Part shown: piece after piece, positions 28,805 through 38,626 of the stretch
Numbering within the stretch: position 1 is the first letter of the stretch
Layout of the letters: each line of letters opens with the position of its first letter
DNA from: Trueperaceae bacterium
GTDB taxonomy: Bacteria; Deinococcota; Deinococci; Deinococcales; Trueperaceae
Direction of reading: 5' to 3'
Assembly (NCBI GenBank): GCA_035703635.1
Contig: DASSXV010000023.1
Location: 34,298 to 98,297 of the forward strand
Length of the DNA stretch: 64,000 nt
Translations under genes and position numbers: made by a program
The notes under the pieces: model-generated
What the model was told of the DNA's origin: nothing
The model's input: the letters and a program-made list of their open reading frames with translations, nothing else
Database searches by the model: none

Positions 28805-29488
28805 TCACTCCTTCTTTGCCTCGTCGGCGGTGATACGCGTAGCCAGCAGGCGTTCGCGCAGGGTCAGTGTCAGTGCGCCCCCGTCGGGCGTGCCGATCAG
28901 GCGCTTGACGCTCGCAACGGCTGTGCGCCAGATGGTGGTCAGTTCGAGCGCAAGCGAGCGGTCCTCCACGTGGACCATCGCGTAGCTCACCTTGGCTGGG
29001 ACGAGGACGTTGAGGTAGAAGTCGTCAGGGTCGGAGGCGCCAACGAGCAGTCCCTCCTCGTCGACGAGTTCGAGGCTAGCCACCGACGTCAGCCCGGGCA
29101 GGACAGTGAGCACGCGCTTCATCTCAGGGGTGTAACCGGCCACTACTTCAGGGACATCTGGGCGCGGACCGACGAGGGCCATCTCGCCTCTCACGACGTT
29201 CCACAACTGCGGCAGTTCGTCCAACTTGGTACGGCGCAGGATGCGACCTACGCGGGTCACGCGGGCGTCGGCGGCCGTGGTTACGCTGCTACCGAGCTTG
29301 TCCGCACCGGTGACCATGGTCCTGAACTTGAAGATCGTGAACGGCCTGCCGAGGTAGCCGGCGCGCACCTGTCGGAAGAACACGGCGCCGCGGCTATCGA
29401 GCCTGATCACGATGGCTACGGCGAGCAAGACTGGCGCCAGGAGCATGAGGGCCACGGCGGCCACGACGAGGTCGAAGGTCGAGCGCAT
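28805..29488 (-). CDS. Initiating monotopic phosphoglycosyltransferase (Bac_transf, PglC-like)
   Basis: [36 protein letters not shown]; start ATG 29488. Confidence 0.92.
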   Translation of the reverse strand: MRSTFDLVVAAVALMLLAPVLLAVAIVIRLDSRGAVFFRQVRAGYLGRPFTIFKFRTMVTGADKLGSSVTTAADARVTRVGRILRRTKLDELPQLWNVVRGEMALVGPRPDVPEVVAGYTPEMKRVLTVLPGLTSVASLELVDEEGLLVGASDPDDFYLNVLVPAKVSYAMVHVEDRSLALELTTIWRTAVASVKRLIGTPDGGALTLTLRERLLATRITADEAKKE

Positions 29489-30558
29489 CAGAGCCCCTCC
29501 TTCATGGACGGGTGAAGCCGCAGGCCGGGAGCGCCTGACCAGGGTGGAGTGGTGGCCGTGAACGGCAGGCGCCGCAGGAGTAGCGCGGCTGCGCCCAGCA
29601 GCGTGCCAGCGCCGTAGCTCAGGTGGTAAGCGAAGAAGGCGGGCGGCAGTGTCATGACCAGGAGCGCGTCGCGGAAGCGCACGGCCTGCTGCGCGGCAGA
29701 GCACACGGCGAGCAGCGCGTATAGGCCGGCCGTTGCGAGGAGCAGGGTCAGGATGAAGGGAACGAAACTCGCTAGCATGGTCCCTAGCAACAGCGCCGCC
29801 GCGAACAGGCCAGGAATCAGGTGGCGGGGCCGCAACGAGTACGGAGCCAGGTACCAGGTGAAGACGTTCCAGCGGCCCGTGAGGAACGCCTGCCGCAGTA
29901 GTCCGGCGAGGGTTCCCTGGTTGAAGTACTCGGCGGCGATGCTCGGGTCGAGCCAGACCTTGCCCCCTGCCGCACGCAGGCGCGCGTTGAACTCGTAGTC
30001 CTGGTTGCGCACGAGGCGCTCGTCGAACACGCCGTAACGCTCGAAGGTTTCCCGCCGGTAGCAGCCGAAAGGCACGGTGTCTACGTAACCTGCGCGTGCC
30101 CCGGTGCGAAAGCGGGCGTCGCCGACGCCGAACGGGTGCGACGAGAGCGCCGCCACCGTCCGCGCGGCGCCGCCCTGCCCGCGCGGCAGGGTGCGCACCA
30201 AGCCGCCCACGTTGTCGGCGCCGCTCTTCCGCAAGGCGGTGAGGCAGGACGCGAGGTAATCAGGCGGGTAGACGCAATGAACGTCCATGCGCGCAATCAC
30301 CGGCGCATGCGCACGCCGCAGCGCCAGGTTCATGCCGGTAGGCACGATGCGCCGCGAGTTGTCGAGCAGGCTAACGCGCCCGTCGCTCGCTGCCACCGCG
30401 CTGACGGCCTCGCGGGTGCCGTCTTCCGACATGCCGTCCACGACGATCACCTCGAGCTCGATGGCCCCCACGTTCTGAGCGAGGATCGAGTCAAGGCACG
30501 CCCTAATGTGCTTCGCCTCGTTGCGGCAAGGCAGGATGACGGTCACGTCTGGCGTCAT
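29488..30558 (-). CDS. GT2 glycosyltransferase (ExoA-like) with C-terminal TM helices
   Basis: ILPCRNE, VVDGMSEDGT, RMDVH, FDERLVRNQDYEFNARLR. Confidence 0.92.
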   Translation of the reverse strand: MTPDVTVILPCRNEAKHIRACLDSILAQNVGAIELEVIVVDGMSEDGTREAVSAVAASDGRVSLLDNSRRIVPTGMNLALRRAHAPVIARMDVHCVYPPDYLASCLTALRKSGADNVGGLVRTLPRGQGGAARTVAALSSHPFGVGDARFRTGARAGYVDTVPFGCYRRETFERYGVFDERLVRNQDYEFNARLRAAGGKVWLDPSIAAEYFNQGTLAGLLRQAFLTGRWNVFTWYLAPYSLRPRHLIPGLFAAALLLGTMLASFVPFILTLLLATAGLYALLAVCSAAQQAVRFRDALLVMTLPPAFFAYHLSYGAGTLLGAAALLLRRLPFTATTPPWSGAPGLRLHPSMKEGL

Positions 30559-32513
30559 GCCGCCCCCCTTTCACCGAGCGCCAGGGCGGGAGTGAGCGGC
30601 GTGCGCTGCTTGGCGAGCGTCGGGACCGTGACGGGTTCGAGGTGGTCGGCGAAGCGCCGCAGCCACACTTCTAGCGCCAAACGATTGAAGATCTGTCGGT
30701 ACCAGACGCCGCTCTTGCGTTCGCCGAGGTCGGCGTAGCGTGCGTACGTGGCGAGGAACGGCTCGCGGCGCAGGAGGCCGTGGCCGAAGACCATGGCGTC
30801 AGGCGCGAACAGCTCGAGCGTCTGCGGTCGCAAGTCGTGGCGCAGCCACTCGCTCTGCGGCAGCGTGAAGCCCTGCTTGTCGCGCCGCCAGGCGATGGCG
30901 TCAGGCAAATCGGCGGCCAACGCCTTGCGGAAGACGTGCTTCGTCCAACCTTCCCTCAGCTTCAAGGATGGGTCAAGGGGGAGGAGCTTCTCAACGAGGC
31001 GGTAGTCAAGGAACGGTAGCCGCACCTCGCGGCCGTGGGCCATCGACATGCGGTCCTCGTAGTGCGTCAGCTGCGGGACGCTTAGGGACGTGAGGTCGAG
31101 CGCCTGCCGCTCCTGGATGGTCATGTCCTTGCCGAGCCCGACAGGCACGTCGTGCACCGTAGCGAGCGCCGCGCCGAGGTCGGACCCAGCCACGTTCCTA
31201 ACGCCTGGCAGGTAGCGCCGCGCTTCCGCCAAGTTGAACTGCCTCACCAGCGTGCCTTGGCGCATGGCCGCGCCAGCTTGGCGCATGGCGGCGAGCGGAC
31301 GCCGCGCCCGTACGAGCGCCTGCAACTGGAAACCGACGTACTTCTTGTAACCGCAGAGGAGTTCGTCAGCTCCCTGGCCACTAAGGACGACCTTCACGCC
31401 GATCGCGCTGGCGGCCTGCATGAGTAGGTAGTGCGCCACCGACGAGAAACTGCCTACCGGTTCGTCATGGTGCCACGTGACCTTCCCGAGCAGGTCGAAG
31501 GCCTCTTGTGCGCCCAAGTCGACCGAGACCTTGTGAGTCTCGCGCCCGAGGTGGTGCGCCATGACGTCCGCATGCCGCGACTCGTCGAAGCGCGCGTCTG
31601 CACTGACGGCCGATAGCAGGGCGACGTCGACGCCAGGCTGAGCCGCTGCCGCTGCCGCGATGGCGCTCGAGTCGACCCCGCCAGACAAGAGCACACCTAC
31701 CGGCACGTCAGCGCGTAGTCGCAAGCGCACGGCGTCGAAGAACAGCTCGCGGATCTCGGCATGCAGCTGATCGTCTGGCACGCGTTCCGCGCCGCTGTGG
31801 CTCGGCGCCGTCCAGTAGCGCTTGGCCTCGACCTTCAGGTGCTCGGCGCGCAGGTCGATGCTCGCGTAGCACCCCCCGGGCAGGCTCACGATGTCCTGGA
31901 AGAACGTGGCGGGCGACTGGTCGATGAGTGCCTGCTGCAAGTACGCGCCGACGGTCTCGAGGTTGAGGGCGCGGCGCCGCGGGTCCATGGCGAGCAGCGC
32001 CTTGATCTCGGAGGAGAACGCAACGCGGTCGCCGGTGACGTCGAGGTAGAGCGGTTTGATGCCCATGCGGTCGCGGGCCAGCACGAGCCTGCCCTCGCGC
32101 AAGTCGAGCCACGCAAGCGCCCACATGCCGTTGAACGCGTTCAGCGCGCGCTCTACCCCCCAGAGCCGGAGGGCCGTGGCTACTACTTCCGTGTCAGAGT
32201 CGCTGCGGAAGGTTGCGCCCTGCGCCGCGAGGCGCTCACGCAACTCGACATAGTCGAAGACCTCCCCGTTGTAGACGAGCACGTCGTCGTTGGTGGCGCT
32301 AGTCATGGGCTGCGCTGCCCTGTCGCTCAAGTCGATGATGGCCAGCCGCTGATGGCCGAGGCCGACCCACCAGTCTCCAACGCCGTTCACTGCCTGGCCA
32401 GCGCCGTCAGGACCACGGTGCGCTTGCGCGACTTCTGCCACGGCTAGGCGCTCCGCCACGGCGCCGCGAGGCATGACGCGCCGCCCCACGACGATCCCGT
32501 CAATGCCGCACAT
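30555..32513 (-). CDS. asnB: Asparagine-synthase-like glutamine amidotransferase (glycan amidation)
   Basis: MCGI N-terminal nucleophile, HRGPD, YNGE, LLSGGVDSS, SGQGADE, EVRLPFLD. Confidence 0.93.
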   Translation of the reverse strand: MCGIDGIVVGRRVMPRGAVAERLAVAEVAQAHRGPDGAGQAVNGVGDWWVGLGHQRLAIIDLSDRAAQPMTSATNDDVLVYNGEVFDYVELRERLAAQGATFRSDSDTEVVATALRLWGVERALNAFNGMWALAWLDLREGRLVLARDRMGIKPLYLDVTGDRVAFSSEIKALLAMDPRRRALNLETVGAYLQQALIDQSPATFFQDIVSLPGGCYASIDLRAEHLKVEAKRYWTAPSHSGAERVPDDQLHAEIRELFFDAVRLRLRADVPVGVLLSGGVDSSAIAAAAAAQPGVDVALLSAVSADARFDESRHADVMAHHLGRETHKVSVDLGAQEAFDLLGKVTWHHDEPVGSFSSVAHYLLMQAASAIGVKVVLSGQGADELLCGYKKYVGFQLQALVRARRPLAAMRQAGAAMRQGTLVRQFNLAEARRYLPGVRNVAGSDLGAALATVHDVPVGLGKDMTIQERQALDLTSLSVPQLTHYEDRMSMAHGREVRLPFLDYRLVEKLLPLDPSLKLREGWTKHVFRKALAADLPDAIAWRRDKQGFTLPQSEWLRHDLRPQTLELFAPDAMVFGHGLLRREPFLATYARYADLGERKSGVWYRQIFNRLALEVWLRRFADHLEPVTVPTLAKQRTPLTPALALGERGAA

Positions 32514-33885
32514 TGCCTGCTCCTCCAGCATCCAACGCACTGCGCCACGCGCTCACGTAACTGGAGATGGCGCTGTCCAGCGAGTAGTGCTGCAAGGCCC
32601 ACGACTGGCCGCTGCGAGCAGTTGCCTCCCGTAACCGCGGTTGCTGCAGGTAACGCACACAGGCAGCGGCGGCGGCCGTTACGTCGTGGATGGCGACGAC
32701 GCTGCCGTGGTCGTCGTCAGGCACGAGGTCGGCGATGGCGAAGGTGTCGGAGACGACGCAGGCGCAGCCTGCGGCCAGCGCTTCTTTCACCACGTTCGGC
32801 ACTCGCTCGGTCAACGACATGAAGAGGAAGACCTCGGCCTGCGCTAGCGCGGCCGCCACGACCTCCTGTGGTTGGTGTCCTGAGAACGTCACGTTGCGTA
32901 AGCCGAACTCGCGGGCTCGTTGCTCTAGTTCCGGACGCTGGCCACCGTCACCCAGGATCTCGAGGCTTGCGCCTGGCACTTGGCTGGCAACGAGCGCGAA
33001 CGCCTCGAGCACGTCGAGCATGCCCTTCTCGGGGTCGAGGCGGCCGACGCTTACTACCCGGCCAGGCACCCGAGCTGTTGCCTCGGCCTCGAAGAGCTGC
33101 GTCGGGATGCCGTCCGGCACGACGGCGATGTCTTGAGGCAACAGCCCGAACAGCTCTGCTATCTCGGCGACGTTGCTGTCGGAGAGGGTGCGCAGCCACG
33201 TCGCACGCTTGGCGACCTGCGCCGTCAGCCCGTAACGCAGGTCTATGTCGTACGCGCTGAACGACATCGACACGACCGTGCCAGGCAGCGCGCGTTGGAC
33301 GAGCAGCGCCACCATGCTCGGGTAGTGCGCCCAACAGAGGTGCACGACTCGTGGACGGGCGGCGCGGATCTCGCCGAACACCTCGAAGACGCGCGGCAGC
33401 AGCACGATGCTACGCGCGAAGAGCCGCGGTTGACGGCCGACGTGCAAGACCAGTTGCGTAACGAGCGCCAATGCGGCTGCTGGGATACTGAGCGCCACCA
33501 ACGCCCCGCGCCAGGCGGACGCTAGCCGCGCGTGCGTGACGCGCACCTGCTCGAGCCCGCGTTCCGCCATCAAGCGGGCGTCCCATGCATGCGGAGGCCT
33601 GAGTGCATGGACGGCAACGGTGGCCCCGCTGCGTGTCAACGCGGTCACGTCGTGCGAGGTGAAAGTCTCTGATGGCATAGGGAATCCCATGGTCACGTAA
33701 CTAACAGCCAAACCAGTTGCGCTAGTGAGGTCATCACCCGACAAAGTGGCGGTTGGTCGCGGACTCGAAGTTGCGGGCTGCGTCACCTCACCTGCCCTGC
33801 CATGAGACTCTGGAGTCGCCGTCTTTGTCGGTGACGGCTGACGCTCCGCAACGGTTCCTGCGCCTCTTGCGCCCGCGAGGCTCAT
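32500..33885 (-). CDS. GT4 glycosyltransferase
   Basis: FPMPSETF, SVGRLDPEKG, ILGDG, E.VPNVVKEALAAG. Confidence 0.88.
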   Translation of the reverse strand: MSLAGARGAGTVAERQPSPTKTATPESHGRAGEVTQPATSSPRPTATLSGDDLTSATGLAVSYVTMGFPMPSETFTSHDVTALTRSGATVAVHALRPPHAWDARLMAERGLEQVRVTHARLASAWRGALVALSIPAAALALVTQLVLHVGRQPRLFARSIVLLPRVFEVFGEIRAARPRVVHLCWAHYPSMVALLVQRALPGTVVSMSFSAYDIDLRYGLTAQVAKRATWLRTLSDSNVAEIAELFGLLPQDIAVVPDGIPTQLFEAEATARVPGRVVSVGRLDPEKGMLDVLEAFALVASQVPGASLEILGDGGQRPELEQRAREFGLRNVTFSGHQPQEVVAAALAQAEVFLFMSLTERVPNVVKEALAAGCACVVSDTFAIADLVPDDDHGSVVAIHDVTAAAAACVRYLQQPRLREATARSGQSWALQHYSLDSAISSYVSAWRSALDAGGAGNVRH

Positions 33886-35132
33886 GGCTTGGCCCCCGCC
33901 ACTTCGTTGAGGTCGAGGACGCGCCAGCTACGAACGAGCAGCGGGCCGACGTCGCTCGTGAGGAGCGCCAAGATCACCCAAGTCGACTTGTCGTAGGCCG
34001 CGCCCTTCGGCAGCATGGCAAGCACCAGGCAGGCGAAAAGCACGATGCGCGCTAGGCGCGCGGGCGAGGGCGGCAGTAGAAACTGCGAGAGCAAGGTAGC
34101 GAGCAGCACGAGGGTGTAGAGCCCTAGGCCGACGAGTCCGGTGCCGACGGCGACCGAGAGGAAGGCGTTGTGAGGCGCCCAGCCGTTGCCGAGGATCGGC
34201 CTCACGGCAGCCCTGAAGGCGTTGTTGCCGTAACCGACGATGGGTCGAGCGACGAACGCGATCCAGCCGCCCTCCCAGATCTCGGCGCGGCCCGTGAAAT
34301 CAGACGAGGTGAGGTCGCTGCCCAACGTGGAGATGCGCTGCAGGTTGGGAAGCGCCCTGGCGTAAAGGTTCTGCGGCAAGAAGGCGGCCGTTGAGGCGAT
34401 CGCCGCGACAGCCACGATGAGGCCAACGCGCGCGCCCCTCCCTAGGCGGACGGCAGAGACGGGGACCTGCACGAGTGCGAGCAGCGCGATCATCACCCCG
34501 CTGCGCGAGCCCGTAAGGAGGAGCGCGAACGGTGCGAGGCACAGAAAGAGGAAGTTGACGGCGTTGGAGAGCGCGCCGCGCCGCTCGGTGATCAGCCACC
34601 AGGCGATGGCCATGGCGAGGCCAAGCACGGTGGCGACCTCGTTCTGGTTCTCGCCAGCCGAGGCTATGCGGCCGTCTATGCGGATGGTCTCAGGCTCGAA
34701 GAGGAAGACCCACAGGACGTTGATGGCCACCACGCTCGCGCCCAGCACGAACGACTGCAGCAGCGCGTTGCGGGCTCGGTCGCCTTCGCAGAGTTGCCAC
34801 ACGAGCCACACGAGCAGCAAGAGCTGCGCCATGGTGATGAGCCCCTCGCGGCTGGCGTCCGGATCTACCGTCCAGAAGTAGCTGAGGGCCAGCCACGCGG
34901 CGTATGCGGCCGTCAGGGCGAGTGGTACAGATGGCGGCCGCATTCGCAGCCACCGGCCCTCGCTCAAGCTGATGATCCCTAGGCCGGCCGCCGCGAAGCC
35001 AACGAGCCGCGCAACCGAGCCGACGCCCTCGAGGACGATGGCTTCCTCCCAAGGCACGGCGAAGACCATGAGGCACAGCGCGGCCAACGCTAGCTTGGCG
35101 ATGGTGCCGTTCCCTGGCGTGCGGCGCGTCAC
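33882..35132 (-). CDS. O-antigen ligase/polymerase (Wzy_C) family protein
   Basis: Multi-TM; NQNE, LTGSRSG, GR.EIW, PIVGYG, HNAFL; GTG 35132 overlaps upstream stop. Confidence 0.88.
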   Translation of the reverse strand: MTRRTPGNGTIAKLALAALCLMVFAVPWEEAIVLEGVGSVARLVGFAAAGLGIISLSEGRWLRMRPPSVPLALTAAYAAWLALSYFWTVDPDASREGLITMAQLLLLVWLVWQLCEGDRARNALLQSFVLGASVVAINVLWVFLFEPETIRIDGRIASAGENQNEVATVLGLAMAIAWWLITERRGALSNAVNFLFLCLAPFALLLTGSRSGVMIALLALVQVPVSAVRLGRGARVGLIVAVAAIASTAAFLPQNLYARALPNLQRISTLGSDLTSSDFTGRAEIWEGGWIAFVARPIVGYGNNAFRAAVRPILGNGWAPHNAFLSVAVGTGLVGLGLYTLVLLATLLSQFLLPPSPARLARIVLFACLVLAMLPKGAAYDKSTWVILALLTSDVGPLLVRSWRVLDLNEVAGAKP

Positions 35133-36109
35133 GCTTGACCACCTGCCGGGGTGCGGTGCTGCGGTGCCGCGAAGCGCCTCGTGCCCTTGCGCAGTGCGGC
35201 GAGCACGAGGCTGGCGCCGGTGGCTGGGCGGGAGGTGATGGTGGCGAGGAGGTAGTGCAGCGCCGCCCCGTACTGGCCAGCGACGGCGCAATCCTCGAGG
35301 TACGAGAGGCCCCAGCGGGCGCCCATGCGCCGTTGCCAGGTAGCCAACTCGCGTTCGCTGAGGGCCCGCGCCGAGCGTACGTACTCTGCCGGCACGTCGA
35401 CCACGAGGCGGTCGTTGCTTAGCCTTCCCGTGGCCGAAGTGCGGAAGGTGGCGTTGTCGTCGTGCTTGTTCCAGGCGGCCGCAACGACGTCGACGAAGCC
35501 GACGCTGTTGCCTGGCAGGAGTGAAAGGAGGGCGATGGTGTCGCTGCCGACGCAGTCGTACGCGTAGAAGTTCGCGGCCAACGCGCGGTCGCGGCGGTAG
35601 AGCGCCGTGGCGTGCGGGATGCTGACGCTGCCGTCCGCGTAAGCGCGGAGGAGGTCGGTTCCGCTGTTGACGCGCTCCAGGTTGCGGTTGACGCTCGTCT
35701 CCTCGTACGTGCCGGTGCGCGCGGAGAAGTCGTCTGCGCGGGCGAACACGAGCGCCAACTCTGGCCGCTCGCGGTAAAGCTCCATGGCCTCCGCCAGGTA
35801 GTTCGGGTCTAGCAGCCAGTCGTCCCCGTCGAGGTTGAGGGCGACCACGCCAGTGGCGTCGTGGCGGAGCGTCGTGCGGTAGTTGGCCGTGCGGCCGAGG
35901 TTGCGCTCGCGCCGCACGTACCTGAGGCGCGGGTCGGCGAGGTAGTCGCTTACCACGGCGGCCGTCGCGTCTGGCGAGGCGTCGTCTGCCACGATCACCT
36001 CTAGTGGCGCGTAAGTCTGGGCGAGGGCGCTGTCGATGGCGTGCGCCAACAATTCGGCCTGACCGTAGGTTGGGATCATGATGGTGGCTAGCGGGCCGGT
36101 CCCACTCAT
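35129..36109 (-). CDS. GT2 glycosyltransferase
   Basis: IMIPTY, SALAQTY..LEVIVADDASPD, LDGDD. Confidence 0.9.
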   Translation of the reverse strand: MSGTGPLATIMIPTYGQAELLAHAIDSALAQTYAPLEVIVADDASPDATAAVVSDYLADPRLRYVRRERNLGRTANYRTTLRHDATGVVALNLDGDDWLLDPNYLAEAMELYRERPELALVFARADDFSARTGTYEETSVNRNLERVNSGTDLLRAYADGSVSIPHATALYRRDRALAANFYAYDCVGSDTIALLSLLPGNSVGFVDVVAAAWNKHDDNATFRTSATGRLSNDRLVVDVPAEYVRSARALSERELATWQRRMGARWGLSYLEDCAVAGQYGAALHYLLATITSRPATGASLVLAALRKGTRRFAAPQHRTPAGGQA

Positions 36110-37443
36110 GCTCTCACCGCCCCCGGCACCGTTGGGCTGCTAACGCCTGTCAGCGCGGCCTCCACGGCACGGGCGCTGCGCATGGCGGCGCCGCGCGGTT
36201 CGGAGAACATGGCCTGCGTAAGGGGCCTGGCGGCTCTAACGAGGTCAGCGGCGTAGGCGCCGTCGTGTAGCGCGGCGCGCACCATGCTGCCGACGTCCTC
36301 CTTGGCGGAGGCGTGCGGCAACCCTCGTTTGGCCCAATCGACAGGAACGTCATCTGGCAGCACCTGCAGCGCTGGCACGCCGATCGCGGCGGCTTCGAGC
36401 AGCAGGGTGGTCTGCGAACCGAGCACCACTCCCGCGCCGCTGACGAGGTCGTAACTGTCTCCGCTCGTCGCTAGTTGCTCGGCGCGGATGATGCCGTCAG
36501 CCACGAGTTCTTGGTACTTCTCCTTGCCCTCGCTTGGGTGTGGGCGATAGAGCGTTGGCGGCCCGTCGAGCCCACGTAACGCCTCGGCGACCAAGCGCAA
36601 CGCGCGGCGGTCTACGTCTTCCGCGTAGTTGGTGCCGAAGTAGACGGCGCCGCCGCGCTTGCCGTGCGCGCTTCTGTCCACGAGCAGGCCCTCCAAGCGC
36701 GGGTTGCCGACGACCGTGCTCGGCGGTGTCGGGCCCTCGAAGCTGGCGAGTTCGTCGCTGAAGTAGGGTCCCCAAGCCAGCAGCAGCGAGGAGCCCATGA
36801 AGTCGTGCTCCGGCCACGCTCCACTGAACACCCCGTGCTGCATGAGGAGGAGCGGCACGCCGGTTTCTCTGAAGCCTGTAAGCACGCCAGGCTCGAGCTT
36901 CGTGTGGATGGCGACGCCCACCTTGGCGGCGCTGGCCTCCAGGGCGCTAGCGGTTCTGGCGGCGTCGTACGCCTGAGTGCGCAGGACCGTCGTCAGCTCG
37001 AGGCGCCCCTCGTCCGTCAACCCCCAGCGCGCCGCGAAACGCGCCTCGTGACGCTTGAGTTGGCCGTAGTTCCCCTGTGCGCGACGCCACGCAGCGGGGG
37101 CCGCCTGCGGCCAGCCCGTGCTAGGCGTCAGTTGCGTGACGAGGGTGCCGCGCCGCTCTAGCTCCGCCGCCACCGGGCAAAGTAGCGGATAGTAGTCGGC
37201 CCTGTCTGGCACGTGGATCACGAGCACGTCGACCTTGCGCGCTGGCGCAGGCTCGACGACCCTGCGCCACGACTGCCGCGCCGCTCGCGCCACCACCGCG
37301 AAACGTAGGACGGCCGACCCGCCGAACAGGCGTTCGCCGCTAGCGATGCGCCGAAGCAGATAGGCGGAGTCCGCGAACGCAGGCGGGTAATCGGCCTGGA
37401 GTTCAGCGTGGAAAGCCACGAAAGCTGGTACGGCGGCTGGCAA
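36106..37443 (-). CDS. GT-B-fold protein, candidate nonulosonate (sialyl-like) transferase
   Basis: QHG, LAWG, VGNPR, RPHP.E, S.TT.LLEA...GVP motifs of CMP-ulosonate/CDP-glycerol transferase-like proteins; next to neu genes. Confidence 0.55.
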   Translation of the reverse strand: MPAAVPAFVAFHAELQADYPPAFADSAYLLRRIASGERLFGGSAVLRFAVVARAARQSWRRVVEPAPARKVDVLVIHVPDRADYYPLLCPVAAELERRGTLVTQLTPSTGWPQAAPAAWRRAQGNYGQLKRHEARFAARWGLTDEGRLELTTVLRTQAYDAARTASALEASAAKVGVAIHTKLEPGVLTGFRETGVPLLLMQHGVFSGAWPEHDFMGSSLLLAWGPYFSDELASFEGPTPPSTVVGNPRLEGLLVDRSAHGKRGGAVYFGTNYAEDVDRRALRLVAEALRGLDGPPTLYRPHPSEGKEKYQELVADGIIRAEQLATSGDSYDLVSGAGVVLGSQTTLLLEAAAIGVPALQVLPDDVPVDWAKRGLPHASAKEDVGSMVRAALHDGAYAADLVRAARPLTQAMFSEPRGAAMRSARAVEAALTGVSSPTVPGAVRA

Positions 37444-37446
37444 GCT

Positions 37447-38526
37447 TCAGTTCCTTCTGACGTCCTCGAACACGCGCGGGTACAGTTCCCTCGCCTCGAC
37501 CAGGTCGGTCGGCCGCCCGACGTCCTGCCAGTACTCGTGCACGGGGAAGCTCGCCACTTTGCAGCCGCTTCCTAGCAGGGAGGAGATGAGGCTCGTCATG
37601 TCGAAGTACTCGCCTTGCGGCACGTGCTCGATGCAACTCGGCTCCAGGGCGTAGATGCCGGCGTTGATGAAGTAGTGCTGGACGGGCTTCTCGACGAGGT
37701 GCGTGACGTGCTCCTCGGTTAGTTCGACCACTCCGAACGGGACTTGCTGGCTGTAGTCACGCACGGCCATGGTGGCGCAAGCTGCGCTGTAGCTGTGGAA
37801 GTCAAGCATGCGGCGGTAGTCGACGCGCGTGAGCACGTCCGCGTTCATAACGAGCAACGTCTCAGTCGGGCGTTCCTGCAGCAGGCCGATGGCGCCCGCC
37901 GTGCCGAGGCGCCTGTCCTCACGCAAGTAAGTGATCTCTGCTCCCCAACGCGAGCCATCGCCGAAGTGCTCCTCGATCATCTCGGCCTTGTAGTTCACGG
38001 AGATCGCGAAGCGGTAGAAGCCTTGGTGGCAGAAACCCTCGACGATGGTCTCGAGGATGGGGTGAGGGCCGACGTTCAGGAGCGGTTTCGGCGTGTCGCG
38101 CGTTAGTTCGCCGAGGCGCGACCCAAGACCTCCAGCCATGAGCACGACCAGGTTGTGGTTGAGGGTCGCGGGCCGCGGCAACACTACGGCGAGCGCGACG
38201 ACCTTGCCGTCCGCGTTCACCAACGGGATGCGGTAGAGGGTCGTGCGCTGCATGAGAGCGTTGAGTTCGCGCTTGCTTGTCGAGGCGGGCGCGGTGAGGG
38301 GGTTGCTGTTCTGGACGCTCGAGACCGGGTCGTCCAGCTGCGCGCCGCGCAATAGTCCGCGCCTGACGTCGCCGTCGGTGACGATGCCTAGCAGCCGGCC
38401 TGCGGCGTCCACCACCAAGGCAGTCTGCAGCTCGTTACGGTCGATGACCGCGATGGCGTCACGTACAAGGTCCGTCGGGGCGACCGCTAGGCGCCCAATG
38501 TCAGTTACCAACATCGTGCCATCCAC
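37447..38526 (-). CDS. CBS-domain sugar-phosphate nucleotidyltransferase (LegX/PtmE-like)
   Basis: N-terminal CBS pair (GIVTDGDVRRGLL); MAGGLGSRL..LT..TPKPLL; LGTAGA; YWQDVG. Confidence 0.9.
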   Translation of the reverse strand: MDGTMLVTDIGRLAVAPTDLVRDAIAVIDRNELQTALVVDAAGRLLGIVTDGDVRRGLLRGAQLDDPVSSVQNSNPLTAPASTSKRELNALMQRTTLYRIPLVNADGKVVALAVVLPRPATLNHNLVVLMAGGLGSRLGELTRDTPKPLLNVGPHPILETIVEGFCHQGFYRFAISVNYKAEMIEEHFGDGSRWGAEITYLREDRRLGTAGAIGLLQERPTETLLVMNADVLTRVDYRRMLDFHSYSAACATMAVRDYSQQVPFGVVELTEEHVTHLVEKPVQHYFINAGIYALEPSCIEHVPQGEYFDMTSLISSLLGSGCKVASFPVHEYWQDVGRPTDLVEARELYPRVFEDVRRN

Positions 38527-38626
38527 TCTGAGCGCCGGAACATCGATCTCGGGTTGAGCGTTTCCGTGTTGTGACTTTAGGGCCGAACCTGAGTGAGTAG
38601 TACTTCAACCGTCACGTCGCCGTGCC

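Noticed and set aside
33882-35132. PglL-type O-oligosaccharyltransferase call
   Set aside because: At ~416 aa it lacks the extra C-terminal region of PglL-type enzymes; left as Wzy/WaaL family.
26286-35291. Long N-terminal extensions in the ORF track (27845, 29704, 32540, 35291; also 8921, 15710, 52952, 60763)
   Set aside because: They overlap neighbouring genes or precede better starts supported by SD sequences, stop/start coupling or family N-termini such as MCGI.
36106-37443. Possible missing NeuC/LegG
   Set aside because: GT-B-like but lacks the TR.E/D, GDR.E and H.EGG-type epimerase motifs; the RPHP motif favours a transferase.
38527-38626. 100-nt gap in the neu cluster as a neuC remnant or internal promoter
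   Set aside because: No recognisable coding remnant and no correctly spaced -35/-10 pair.
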